From positions 1-59,851 of the forward strand of contig JBJMHS010000059.1 in the NCBI GenBank assembly GCA_045807245.1: a stretch of 59,851 nt of DNA, written 5' to 3'. Below, in pieces: positions 31,161 through 40,616 of the stretch (position 1 is its first letter; every line of letters starts with the position of its first letter). The position numbers and the translations under genes were made by a program. The notes beneath the pieces are model-generated. The model had not been told where the DNA came from, made no database searches, and was given only the letters and a program-made list of their open reading frames with translations. Source of the stretch: Actinomycetales bacterium. Its GTDB lineage: Bacteria > Actinomycetota > Actinomycetes > Actinomycetales > CAVURS01.

Positions 31161-32686
31161 AGCCGGACCTCGACTACGGACACACCTGGCCGACCCTCGT
31201 CCAGTTCCGCGAGCTGGCCCGCGAGCGCCGGGTCATCCCGGTCGTGCGCCGGCTGCTCGCGGACGCCGAGACGCCGATCGGCCTGTACCGCAAGCTGGCC
31301 CAGGACCGGCCGGGCACGTTCCTGCTCGAGTCGGCCGAGCACGGCGGGGTCTGGGCGCGCTACTCGATCGTCGGTGCGCGTTCCCGAGCCGTCCTGACCG
31401 AGCGGGACGGTGAGGCGCTGTGGATCGGCGAGCCGCCGGTGGGCGTGCCGACCGCCGGCGACCCGCTGGAGGCGCTGCGCGGCACCGTGGAGGCGTTGCA
31501 CACCGAAGCCTTCGACGGCCTGCCGCCGCTGACCGGCGGCATGGTCGGTGCGATCACGTACGACGCGGTGCGGCGCTGGGAGCGCCTGCCGGACGGCACG
31601 GTCGACGACCTCAAGCTGCCCGAGATCACGATGCTGCTGGCGACCGACCTGGCCGTGCTCGACCACAGCGACGGCTCCGTCCTGCTGGTCGCCAACGCGA
31701 TCAACTACGACTTCACCGACGAGCGGGTCGACGAGGCCTGGCAGGACGCCGTACGCCGGCTCGAGGCCATGACGCTCGACCTGTCGGCTGCGGCCCCTGC
31801 CAGTGTCGCGGTGCTCGAGACGCCCGTGCCGGAGCCGCGCGAACAGGTCGGCCGGGCGGCGTACGAGGCGATCGTCGAGGAGGCCAAGGAGGCCATCCGA
31901 GCGGGTGAGGTGTTTCAGGTCGTGCCGTCCCAGCGCTACGAGCTGGACTGCCCGGCCGACGCGCTCGATGTCTACCGGGTGCTGCGGATCTCCAACCCGA
32001 GCCCGTACATGTACCTGCTGCGTCTGCCCACACCGGACGGAGGTCTGTACGAGGTCGTCGGGTCGAGTCCCGAGGCGCTCGTGAAGGTCGATGGGCGGCA
32101 CGTGATGATGCACCCGATTGCGGGGTCGCGTCCCCGGGGGCAGACGCCCGAGGAAGATACACTTTACGCCGAACAACTGTTAGCAGATGACAAAGAACGT
32201 GCCGAACACGTCATGCTGGTCGACCTGGCCCGCAACGACGTCGGACGGGTGTGCGAGGCCGGCACGGTAGAGGTGCTGGACTTCATGTCGGTCGAGCGCT
32301 ACAGCCACATCATGCACATCGTGTCGACCGTGGTCGGACGGCTCCGTCCGGACCGCACGGCGTACGACGCCCTGGTGGCGACCTTCCCCGCCGGGACGCT
32401 GTCCGGCGCGCCGAAGGTTCGCGCCATGGAGCTGATCGACCAGTTCGAGACGAGCCGCCGCGGTCTGTACGGCGGGACGGTCGGCTACCTGGACTTCGCC
32501 GGGGACCTCGACATGGCGATCGCGATCCGGACCGCCGTCATCCGCGACCAGGTCGCCTACGTCCAAGCCGGCGCCGGCATCGTGGCCGACTCGGTGCCGT
32601 CGGTGGAGTACCAGGAGTCGGTCAACAAGGCGATGGCCGTGCTGCGTGCCGTCGCGACGGCCGCCCGGCTGCGTCCGGCTCGATGA
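31157..32686 (+). CDS. trpE: Anthranilate synthase component I
   Basis: [70 protein letters not shown]. Confidence 0.98.
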   Translation: MKPDLDYGHTWPTLVQFRELARERRVIPVVRRLLADAETPIGLYRKLAQDRPGTFLLESAEHGGVWARYSIVGARSRAVLTERDGEALWIGEPPVGVPTAGDPLEALRGTVEALHTEAFDGLPPLTGGMVGAITYDAVRRWERLPDGTVDDLKLPEITMLLATDLAVLDHSDGSVLLVANAINYDFTDERVDEAWQDAVRRLEAMTLDLSAAAPASVAVLETPVPEPREQVGRAAYEAIVEEAKEAIRAGEVFQVVPSQRYELDCPADALDVYRVLRISNPSPYMYLLRLPTPDGGLYEVVGSSPEALVKVDGRHVMMHPIAGSRPRGQTPEEDTLYAEQLLADDKERAEHVMLVDLARNDVGRVCEAGTVEVLDFMSVERYSHIMHIVSTVVGRLRPDRTAYDALVATFPAGTLSGAPKVRAMELIDQFETSRRGLYGGTVGYLDFAGDLDMAIAIRTAVIRDQVAYVQAGAGIVADSVPSVEYQESVNKAMAVLRAVATAARLRPAR

Positions 32687-33300
32687 CCGCGAGGCCGGCG
32701 GCGACGGCGCGCTCGCCTCGGCGCGAACGCCTCGTGGTGCTCGGGCTGGGCGTGCTCGGCGCGGCTGTGGCGCTCCTGGCCGGCACCCGGACCTGGCTGG
32801 CCGTCACCGTGCAGGACCCGTTGGCCGGCAGCGGACGCCTGCACCCGGACGGTCGCAGCGTCGCCGCGCTCGTGCCAGCCGCAGCCCTGGTCGCGCTCGC
32901 AGCGTCGGTGGCAGCGGTGACGCTGCGCCGTGTCGGGCGGCAGCTCGCCGCCTTGCTGCTCGTGGCGGCGGGCGGCGCCATCGGGTCGGCGACCGTGCGC
33001 GTCCTGGTCGACCCGCGCGGCGCGGCTGAGGAGGCGCTGCGCCGGGCCACCGGGCGCACGGGAGACGTGTCGGCGACCACGCACGTGAGCGGTCTGTGGC
33101 CGTGGGTCGCGCTCGTGTCGGCGGCTCTGGTCGTGCTGGCCGGCGCCACCACGATCGTCCGGGGCCGGGGCTGGAGCGGCCTGTCCGACCGGTACGACGC
33201 GCCCACCTCGGTGCCGGCCGGCGAAACGGCGTCAGCCACCGTCGAGGAGAGCGACGATGCCTGGGACGCTTTGTCGCGCGGCGAGGACCCCACCAGATGA
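32683..33300 (+). CDS. Trp biosynthesis-associated membrane protein
   Basis: Multiple TM segments, C-terminal W.GLS.RYD...WDALSRGEDPT; follows trpE. Confidence 0.88.
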   Translation: MTARPAATARSPRRERLVVLGLGVLGAAVALLAGTRTWLAVTVQDPLAGSGRLHPDGRSVAALVPAAALVALAASVAAVTLRRVGRQLAALLLVAAGGAIGSATVRVLVDPRGAAEEALRRATGRTGDVSATTHVSGLWPWVALVSAALVVLAGATTIVRGRGWSGLSDRYDAPTSVPAGETASATVEESDDAWDALSRGEDPTR

Positions 33301-33363
33301 TGGGCCTCGTCGCCGGGTGCTGACAGACTGGACGCAGCCGACGTTCGAGCGAGGAGCGCATCG

Positions 33364-33636
33364 ATGGCCGACCACGGCACCAGCAGCCAGCGATCCACGG
33401 CGACCGCGCACGCCGAGGCTGACGAGCACTTCGAAAGCCACGGCCACAGCGTCGCCGCGTGGATCCTGGTCGCGTTCCTGCTGATCGGGTCGTTCATCGT
33501 CAGCCTCGGCATCGTGCTGGTCATCACGTGGCTGGACATCGTCGGAGTGGCGTTCTGCGTCGTGGGCCTGATCCTGGGCCGAGTCCTGCAGATGGCCGGT
33601 TTCGGGGTCCATGCCCCGGGTGCCCGCGCCGACTAG
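33364..33636 (+). CDS. HGxxPAAW-family small membrane protein
   Basis: HGHSVAAW followed by two TM helices and MAGFG; typical trp-cluster position. Confidence 0.85.
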   Translation: MADHGTSSQRSTATAHAEADEHFESHGHSVAAWILVAFLLIGSFIVSLGIVLVITWLDIVGVAFCVVGLILGRVLQMAGFGVHAPGARAD

Positions 33637-33686
33637 CCTGGCGGTGCCTCGCCCGACCCGCGGGTGTGCCGTTCGCCGGGAGCGAC

Positions 33687-34097
33687 ATGACCGACCAGAC
33701 CGGGCCTCAGCCCGACGAGGAGCCGACCCCCCACCAACCGCCGCCACCGCAGCCCTATGGGTACGGCCAACCACCCCCACAGCAGCCGCCGGTGTACGGC
33801 CAGCAGCCGTACGGGTACGGGCAGATGCCCTACTCCGCGGGCCCGTCCGGCTCGCCCCCGCCCAACTACCTGGTCTGGGCCATCCTCTCCACGGTCCTGT
33901 GCTGCCTTCCGCTCGGCGTCGCCTCGATCGTGTTCGCCGCGCAGGTCAACAACAAGTGGGCGATGGGCGACGTCGCCGGCGCGCAGGTCGCTTCGCGGCG
34001 GGCCCGCCAGTTCGCCATCGCGAGTGCGATATCCGCCGCGGTCATCGGAGTGCTGTACCTCGTGATCGCGGTCGCTGTGGTGAGCGGCAACAGTTGA
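33687..34097 (+). CDS. CD225/dispanin-family membrane protein
   Basis: Pro/Gln/Tyr-rich N-terminus, then PPNYLVWAILSTVLCCLPLGVASIVFAAQV...GD..GA..AS..AR. Confidence 0.9.
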   Translation: MTDQTGPQPDEEPTPHQPPPPQPYGYGQPPPQQPPVYGQQPYGYGQMPYSAGPSGSPPPNYLVWAILSTVLCCLPLGVASIVFAAQVNNKWAMGDVAGAQVASRRARQFAIASAISAAVIGVLYLVIAVAVVSGNS

Positions 34098-34104
34098 CGG
34101 CCGA

Positions 34105-34539
34105 GTGGGAGAGCCAGCGGTGGCGCTGAGCCAGACCGTCCCGCGGCGATGGAGCGGGCTGGCCGCACCCTTCGCCTCGGCGGCGGCCGCCCTGACGGCC
34201 GTGGCGTACGTCGCAGCGATCGACCCGAACCAGCCGGGCCACTACCCGCTCTGCCCGTTCCGCTACCTCACCGGCTACGCGTGCCCGGGGTGCGGGTCAC
34301 TGCGCGCGGTGCATGACCTGGCCACCGGACAGCCCGTCGCCGCCCTGCACCGGAACCCCCTCACCGTGGCGGCGGTGCCGTTCGTCGTCGTGATGTGGCT
34401 GCTCTGGCTGCATCGGGCCGCCACGGGGCGCGGCCGTCGCTGGGCGGCGCCCGCCTGGTTGCTCTGGACCCTCCTCGGGGTCGTGCTGGCGTTCTGGCTG
34501 CTGCGCAACATGCCCGGAATCGCCGTTCTTGGGCCTTGA
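34105..34539 (+). CDS. DUF2752-family membrane protein
   Basis: DPN.PGHYPLCPF..LTG..CPGCGSLRA.H.L..G, NPL, C-terminal RN. Confidence 0.9.
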   Translation: MGEPAVALSQTVPRRWSGLAAPFASAAAALTAVAYVAAIDPNQPGHYPLCPFRYLTGYACPGCGSLRAVHDLATGQPVAALHRNPLTVAAVPFVVVMWLLWLHRAATGRGRRWAAPAWLLWTLLGVVLAFWLLRNMPGIAVLGP

Positions 34540-34612
34540 ACGACCCCCCTCGCCAGTAGCCTCGCCCCGAGACGGCCGACGAGCGGCTGTCCCGAGGCAC
34601 CAAGGGGACCGC

Positions 34613-35236
34613 ATGACCGACCAGCCGGGGCCCAACGGCCCGCAGCCGCCCGAGTCGAGCGGCCCGCCCGCTCCGCCGCCGCCTCCACCTCCGCCCCCGC
34701 CCGCAGCGCCGGACTCGGGCGCCGGTGCCCCCAGCACCCCACCGCCGCCGGCACCTGCGTCGTACGGCACACCCCCGCCGGCTGCCGGGTACGGCCAGAC
34801 GCCGGCTCCGGGCTACGGCCAGATGCCACCTTCCGGCTATGCCCAGCCCGCGGACACGACGCCGTACGCCAGCTGGGGCAACCGCGTCGTCGGCGCCCTG
34901 GTCGACTACTTCGTCCCCGGCCTCGTCGCGGCCTTCTTCTACCGGGTCAACACCGCGCTGGGGCTACTGCTCGAGCTGGCCGTCCTGGGCTGGGCGATCT
35001 ACAACAAGGTCCTCGAGGGTCAGACCGGTCAGTCGACCGGCAAGCGCATCGCAGGCACGAAGCTGATCAGCATGACGACGGGTCAGCCGGTCGGTGTGGG
35101 GCTGGCCATCGGCCGCTACTTCGTCCACATCCTCGACGCGATCCCGTGCTACCTCGGGTTCCTCTGGCCGCTGTGGGACGCCAAGCGGCAGACGTTCGCC
35201 GACAAGATCCTCAGCACCGTGGTGGTCAAGGTCTGA
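34613..35236 (+). CDS. RDD-family membrane protein with proline-rich N-terminus
   Basis: YASWGNRVVGALVD, GQTGQSTGKR, LWPLWDAKRQTFADKI. Confidence 0.92.
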   Translation: MTDQPGPNGPQPPESSGPPAPPPPPPPPPPAAPDSGAGAPSTPPPPAPASYGTPPPAAGYGQTPAPGYGQMPPSGYAQPADTTPYASWGNRVVGALVDYFVPGLVAAFFYRVNTALGLLLELAVLGWAIYNKVLEGQTGQSTGKRIAGTKLISMTTGQPVGVGLAIGRYFVHILDAIPCYLGFLWPLWDAKRQTFADKILSTVVVKV

Positions 35237-35255
35237 GGCCGGCCTGGCCTGACGA

Positions 35256-35292
35256 CCAGCCCGGTCGGGTGCTGAGCACTCGGCCGGGCTGG
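35256..35292 (+). terminator. Strong hairpin after the RDD gene (terminator-like, no U-tract)
   Basis: CCAGCCCGGTCGGGTGC-TGA-GCACTCGGCCGGGCTGG, 17-bp stem with two G-U pairs. Confidence 0.6.
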
Positions 35293-35306
35293 CTAGCATC
35301 GTGGGC

Positions 35307-36128
35307 GTGAGCGTGTTGGACGACATCCTCGCGGGCGTCCGCCAGGACCTCGCCGCCCGGCAGGAGACCGTCTCGCTCACCCAGCTGCAGGAGCGGGCCG
35401 CCCGGCTGCCGAGCGCCCGGGACGCGTTCGCGGTGCTCGCGGCCGACGGCGGCATCAAGGTCATCGCCGAGGTGAAGCGGGCCAGCCCGAGCAAGGGCGC
35501 GCTCGCAGCGATCAACGACCCGGCGGCGCTGGCCCGCGAGTACGAGCGCGGCGGCGCCAGTGTGGTCAGCGTCCTGACCGAGCAGCGGCGGTTCGGCGGC
35601 AGCCTGGCCGACCTGGTCGCCGTGTGCTCGAGCGTCGACGTCCCGGTGCTGCGCAAGGACTTCGTGGTGAGCAGCTACCAGGTGTGGGAGGCCCGCGCAC
35701 ACGGTGCGGACCTCGTCCTGCTCATCGTCGCGGCCCTCGACCAGCCGGCCCTCGTGTCGCTGCTCGAGCGGATCACCTCGCTCGGCATGACCCCCCTCGT
35801 CGAGTGCCACGACGAGCAGGAGGTGCTGCGTGCGCTGGATGCGGGCGCCCGCGTCATCGGGATCAACGCTCGCGACCTGCACACGCTCCAGGTCGACCGC
35901 AGCGCGTTCGCGCGGCTCGCACCCTTGGTTCCGGACTCGATGGTCCGGATCGCCGAGTCCGGTGTGCGCGGTCCGCACGACGTCCTCGAGTACGCGATGG
36001 CCGGCGCGACCGCGGTCCTGGTCGGCGAGGCGCTCGTCACCGGCAACGACCCCCGTACGGCGGTGGCCAACCTGGTCGCAGCCGGCGCCCACCCGGCTAT
36101 CGGGTCGGCCCGCGGGTCCGGCTCGTGA
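35307..36128 (+). CDS. trpC: Indole-3-glycerol phosphate synthase
   Basis: [40 protein letters not shown] 35307 lies 7 nt after TAGCAT. Confidence 0.97.
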   Translation: MSVLDDILAGVRQDLAARQETVSLTQLQERAARLPSARDAFAVLAADGGIKVIAEVKRASPSKGALAAINDPAALAREYERGGASVVSVLTEQRRFGGSLADLVAVCSSVDVPVLRKDFVVSSYQVWEARAHGADLVLLIVAALDQPALVSLLERITSLGMTPLVECHDEQEVLRALDAGARVIGINARDLHTLQVDRSAFARLAPLVPDSMVRIAESGVRGPHDVLEYAMAGATAVLVGEALVTGNDPRTAVANLVAAGAHPAIGSARGSGS

Positions 36129-37345
36129 CGACTCAGCAGACGCAGGGCACCGGGCCCGACACGGTCCCGGGCCGGTTCGGACCGTACGGCGGGCGCTACG
36201 TCCCCGAGGCGCTGATCGCCGCGCTGGACGAGCTGGACGCGGCGTACCGGTCGGCGCTCGCCGACCCCTCCTTCCTGGCCGAGCTGGCGGGCCTTGGCCG
36301 CACCTACACGGGCCGGCCGAGCATCATGACCGAGGTCCCGCGGTTCGCGGCCCACGCCGGCGGAGCGCGTGTCTTCCTCAAGCGCGAGGACCTCAACCAC
36401 ACCGGGTCGCACAAGATCAACAACGTTCTGGGGCAGGCCCTGCTGACGCGGCGGATGGGCAAGTCCCGGGTCATCGCCGAGACTGGAGCGGGCCAGCACG
36501 GCGTGGCAACCGCTACTGCGGCAGCGCTTTTCGACCTCGAATGCACGGTCTACATGGGCGAGGAGGACACCCGGCGGCAGGCGCTCAACGTGGCCCGCAT
36601 GCGGCTGCTGGGTGCCGAGGTCATCCCGGTCAGGGCCGGCTCGCGGACGCTCAAGGACGCGATGAACGAGGCCATGCGGGACTGGGTGACGACGGTCGAC
36701 CGCACGCACTACCTCATCGGCACCGTGGCGGGCCCCCACCCGTTCCCGACCATGGTCGGCCACTTCCAGCGGGTCATCGGCGACGAGGCCCGGGGCCAGA
36801 TGCTCGAGCTGACCGGGCGCCTGCCGGACGTCGTGTGCGCCTGCGTGGGCGGGGGCTCCAACGCGATGGGGATCTTCGCCGCTTTCCTGGACGACCCGGC
36901 CGTGCGGCTGCTGGGCCTGGAGGCGGGTGGCGACGGGTTGGAGACCGGTCGGCACGCGGCCTCGATCAGTGGCGGTGCCCCCGGCGTCCTGCACGGTGCC
37001 CGGTCCTACCTGCTGCAGGACGAGGACGGCCAGACCGTCGAGAGCCACTCCATCTCGGCCGGCCTGGACTACCCGGGAGTCGGCCCGGCGCACTCGTGGC
37101 TGCACGACACGGGCCGCGCGTCGTACGAGCCGGTCACCGATGCCGAGGCCATGGAGGCCTTCTCCGTGCTCTGCCGCACCGAGGGGATCATCCCGGCCAT
37201 CGAGAGCGCCCATGCGCTGGCCGGCGCCATGCGCGCGGGGCGTGAGCTCGGCCCGGACGGCGTGGTCCTGGTCAACCTGTCGGGCCGCGGCGACAAGGAC
37301 GTCGACACGGCGGCCCGTTGGTTCGGCCTGCTGGACCAGCCGTGA
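36125..37345 (+). CDS. trpB: Tryptophan synthase beta chain
   Basis: [60 protein letters not shown]. Confidence 0.99.
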   Translation: MTTQQTQGTGPDTVPGRFGPYGGRYVPEALIAALDELDAAYRSALADPSFLAELAGLGRTYTGRPSIMTEVPRFAAHAGGARVFLKREDLNHTGSHKINNVLGQALLTRRMGKSRVIAETGAGQHGVATATAAALFDLECTVYMGEEDTRRQALNVARMRLLGAEVIPVRAGSRTLKDAMNEAMRDWVTTVDRTHYLIGTVAGPHPFPTMVGHFQRVIGDEARGQMLELTGRLPDVVCACVGGGSNAMGIFAAFLDDPAVRLLGLEAGGDGLETGRHAASISGGAPGVLHGARSYLLQDEDGQTVESHSISAGLDYPGVGPAHSWLHDTGRASYEPVTDAEAMEAFSVLCRTEGIIPAIESAHALAGAMRAGRELGPDGVVLVNLSGRGDKDVDTAARWFGLLDQP

Positions 37346-38196
37346 CCGGCGTCGGTCCGACCCTGGCGCGCATCCGCCAGGGCGGCCACTCCGCGCTGGT
37401 CGGTTACCTGCCCGTGGGCTACCCGGACCTCGACACCTCGATCGCGGCGATGCGCGCGATGGTCGAGGGCGGCGTCGACGTCGTCGAGGTGGGACTGCCC
37501 TACTCGGACCCGCTCATGGACGGCCCGGTCATCCAGCACGCCGGCGAGGTGGCTCTCGCCGGGGGGACCCGGACCCGCGACGCCTTCCGAGCCGTCGAGG
37601 CCGTCGTCGACGCCGGCGCAACGGCCCTGGTCATGACCTACTGGAACCCGGTGGAGCGGTACGGCGTGCCGCGGTTCGCCGCCGACCTCGCCGCCGCCGG
37701 GGGAGCCGGCCTCATCACGCCCGACCTGATCCCGGACGAGGCCGGGGAGTGGCTGGACGCAGCGATCGACAACGACCTCGACCGGGTCTTCCTGGTCGCA
37801 CCGAGCTCGACCGCGGCCCGGCTGGCGTCGACCACACGGGCCTGCCGTGGGTTCGTCTATGCCGCCTCGACCATGGGAGTGACCGGCGTGCGCGAGGCGG
37901 TGGGTGCCACCGCGCAGATCCTGGTCGAGCGCACCCGCGAGGTCACGGACCTGCCGGTGTGCGTCGGCTTGGGCGTCTCCACCGGCCAGCAGGCCGCCGA
38001 GGTGGGAGCCTTCGCGGACGGCGTCATCGTCGGCTCTGCGCTGGTCCGCTGCCTCACCGACGCCGCGAGCCCGGCGGCCGGGGTGGACGCGGTCCGCGAG
38101 CTCACGGCGCAGCTAGCGGAGGGTGCTCACTCGGCGGTGAGGGCCCCGGTCGACTCCATCACCACGAGCGCGAAGAGCACGAACGTCAGCACGTGA
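37342..38196 (+). CDS. trpA: Tryptophan synthase alpha chain (3' end runs into the convergent VKOR gene)
   Basis: [49 protein letters not shown]. Confidence 0.97.
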   Translation: MTGVGPTLARIRQGGHSALVGYLPVGYPDLDTSIAAMRAMVEGGVDVVEVGLPYSDPLMDGPVIQHAGEVALAGGTRTRDAFRAVEAVVDAGATALVMTYWNPVERYGVPRFAADLAAAGGAGLITPDLIPDEAGEWLDAAIDNDLDRVFLVAPSSTAARLASTTRACRGFVYAASTMGVTGVREAVGATAQILVERTREVTDLPVCVGLGVSTGQQAAEVGAFADGVIVGSALVRCLTDAASPAAGVDAVRELTAQLAEGAHSAVRAPVDSITTSAKSTNVST

Positions 38197-38618
38197 ACTC
38201 CCGTGCACCACAAGCAGATCGCCTCGACCTTGAACAGCTCGACCCACACCAGATAGATCACGGACCCGATGCCGACGGTGGCGCCGGCCAAGCGGAGCCG
38301 GCCCAGGTTCGCGTTCGTCGACCGCCACGCTGCAGGCAGGCAGAGCGCCGTCATGGCGACGAAGAAGATGAGCCCGAGCAGCGCCACCGGCACTCCGGCG
38401 ACCTTCGAGTAGCTGCTCGTCGTCACCTTCAGGCAGTTGATGGCGCCGGTGTCCGAGCAGGCGAGGCTCGTCGACGCCGTGTAGTGCTCGTACGTCAGGT
38501 AGGCCGCGTCGAGCAGGCCCAGCACGCAGACCACCAACGACGCGGCGACGACCCACCGGGCCGTCGCCGGCCGGACCGGTGCCACCCGGCTCGACCGGGT
38601 TCCCGTCTTAGGAGGCAT
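38127..38618 (-). CDS. Vitamin K epoxide reductase (VKOR) family protein
   Basis: Four TM helices, loop Cys pair C-SDTGAIN-C followed by V..S.YS, GVPVALLG, active-site CLWC..VH. Confidence 0.92.
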   Translation of the reverse strand: MPPKTGTRSSRVAPVRPATARWVVAASLVVCVLGLLDAAYLTYEHYTASTSLACSDTGAINCLKVTTSSYSKVAGVPVALLGLIFFVAMTALCLPAAWRSTNANLGRLRLAGATVGIGSVIYLVWVELFKVEAICLWCTGVHVLTFVLFALVVMESTGALTAE

Positions 38619-39540
38619 TGCTCAGCTTGGCCGCGCCGGCCTTGACCCCGGCCGACGTGCACACGCTGCTCGGCTGGTCCTTGGTCAGCTGACACAGGGC
38701 CGCGGTGATCACGTTCGCCGTTCCGTCGACGGCCTTGGCGATGGCGCTGGTCGGGTCGGACAGGGCCGCGGCGATCTGGGCGTGGGTCTTGCCCTGGAGC
38801 ACCTGCGGGTCGTAGCTGGCACCACTGATGACGTACTTGCCGCCGATGTCGACGAACGGGATCGAGCCGGCGGACTGCTGGTCCACGTACGGCGGGGCGT
38901 TGTACTTCGCGAGCAGCGCCTCGTCGGCGGCGGGAACGGTGTCGAGCGGCTGGTAGCTCTGGCCCTGGCGCTTGTTCGTCGTCTCCTCGTAGCCGGTGAA
39001 GGAGAGCACCGAGCTGGTGTACGTCGCACCGTGGAACGACAGCGTGGCCGTGCTCGGGTACACCTCGGGCGAGCCGGCCGACTCGGTCGAGCCGAGCCCG
39101 GAGAACGAGCCGAACCGGGACATGGCGACGGTGATCGCCCACCGCTCCGCTGCGCAGAACGGGCAGTACTCGGCGCCGACATAGAGCACACGCGGCTTGC
39201 CGTCCGCCGTGATGGCCTCCGCGTCCTTCATCGCCGCCGGCGGCGCTTTGACGCTGCCCGCCCCCACGGTGTTGAACGTGTCGAGCGGCACGCCACCGAT
39301 GGCGTTGACGACCGCGTCGGGCGCCGAGGTGCTCGGCGTACCGGCGTTGTCGGACGACGACCCGCCGCCCACCACCTTCACGACCACCAGCACGCCGACG
39401 ATCACGACGACCGTGAGGACGGCCGCGAGCGCGGTGTACAGCTTGCGCATCCGCTCCTTGCGCGCCTGGGCGGCCCGCATGGCGGCGACCTTGGCCTGGG
39501 TCTGCTCGCGACGCTGCTTCTTGGTCAGTCGTTCTGCCAC
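38608..39540 (-). CDS. Membrane-anchored thioredoxin-like protein, DUF929-type
   Basis: Basic N-tail plus TM anchor, YVGAEYCPFCAAERW, SRFGSFSGL, SIPFVDIGGKY, C-terminal second Cys pair. Confidence 0.8.
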   Translation of the reverse strand: MAERLTKKQRREQTQAKVAAMRAAQARKERMRKLYTALAAVLTVVVIVGVLVVVKVVGGGSSSDNAGTPSTSAPDAVVNAIGGVPLDTFNTVGAGSVKAPPAAMKDAEAITADGKPRVLYVGAEYCPFCAAERWAITVAMSRFGSFSGLGSTESAGSPEVYPSTATLSFHGATYTSSVLSFTGYEETTNKRQGQSYQPLDTVPAADEALLAKYNAPPYVDQQSAGSIPFVDIGGKYVISGASYDPQVLQGKTHAQIAAALSDPTSAIAKAVDGTANVITAALCQLTKDQPSSVCTSAGVKAGAAKLSNAS

Positions 39541-39608
39541 GGGTGAAGGTTATGCGGGCCAGCCTGGGAAGTCCCTGACCGGGCCGGGGACAGGCTTAGG
39601 GTGAACCG

Positions 39609-40538
39609 GTGCTTCCGCAGTCGATCCCGAGCCCGACCGAGGGTGTGTGGCATCTGGGGCCACTGCCCCTGAGGGCCTACGCCTTCTGCATCCTGGTCGG
39701 GATCGTCGTGGCCGTTCTCGTCGCCGAGCGCCGGTGGCGCGCACGAGGAGGTCCACCTGGAATCGGCCTCGACGTCGCGACGTACGCCGTGCCGTTCGGT
39801 GTCGTGGGCGGGCGGATCTACCACGTCATCACGACCCCGGACCCGTACTTCGGCAGCGGCGGGCAGCCGATCCACGCGCTGTACGCGTGGGAGGGCGGCC
39901 TGGGCATCTGGGGCGCCATCGCCCTCGGCTGTGTCGGTGGGTGGCTCGCCTGCCGGCGGCGCGGCGTCAGCTTCCTGATGTTCGCGGACTGCGCGGCGCC
40001 GGGCGTCGTGCTGGCCCAGGCGTGCGGGCGGTGGGGCAACTGGTTCAACAACGAGCTCTACGGCCGGCCGACGTCGTCGCCCTGGGGGCTCGAGGTTCAC
40101 CAATGGGACGAGAGCGCCGGCCACGCCGTGCGCGACAGCGCCGGTCACCCGATCGTCCTGGGCACCTTCCAGCCGACGTTCCTGTACGAGTCACTGTGGT
40201 GTGTCGGCGTGGCCGTCGCCGTCGTCCTGCTCGAGCGGCGGTTCGCACTCGACCGCGGCCGGACCTTCGCGGCGTACGTGATGCTCTACACCGCCGGCCG
40301 GGCCTGGATCGAGTACCTGCGGGTCGACCAGGCGCACCACGTCCTCGGGCTGCGGCTGAACGACTGGGTGGCCCTGCTCGTCTTCCTGGCCGCCCTGGCC
40401 TACTTCGTCGTCGTCGGACGGCGTCCTCGAGCTGGGGGTCCGGAGCGCGAGGGGCGGGACGTCAAGGCGTCAGAGTCGCCAGAGCCGTCTCACGATTCGG
40501 ACCAAGAGTCCGATGCGCAAGACACCGAGAGCGTGTAG
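39609..40538 (+). CDS. lgt: Prolipoprotein diacylglyceryl transferase
   Basis: LRAYA.CI, GGRIYHV, GGLGIWGA, GRWGNWFNNELYG, PTFLYESLW, EYLRVD. Confidence 0.97.
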   Translation: MLPQSIPSPTEGVWHLGPLPLRAYAFCILVGIVVAVLVAERRWRARGGPPGIGLDVATYAVPFGVVGGRIYHVITTPDPYFGSGGQPIHALYAWEGGLGIWGAIALGCVGGWLACRRRGVSFLMFADCAAPGVVLAQACGRWGNWFNNELYGRPTSSPWGLEVHQWDESAGHAVRDSAGHPIVLGTFQPTFLYESLWCVGVAVAVVLLERRFALDRGRTFAAYVMLYTAGRAWIEYLRVDQAHHVLGLRLNDWVALLVFLAALAYFVVVGRRPRAGGPEREGRDVKASESPEPSHDSDQESDAQDTESV

Positions 40539-40616
40539 CCAGCATGTAAGGTGTCAGCGATCGCTGGCCGACGCCGTCCACGCGAGCTCTTCGACGCACT
40601 GACGGGACGGTGACCC

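Noticed and set aside
34660..34760. C-rich low-complexity DNA
   Set aside because: Explained by the poly-proline N-terminus of the RDD protein
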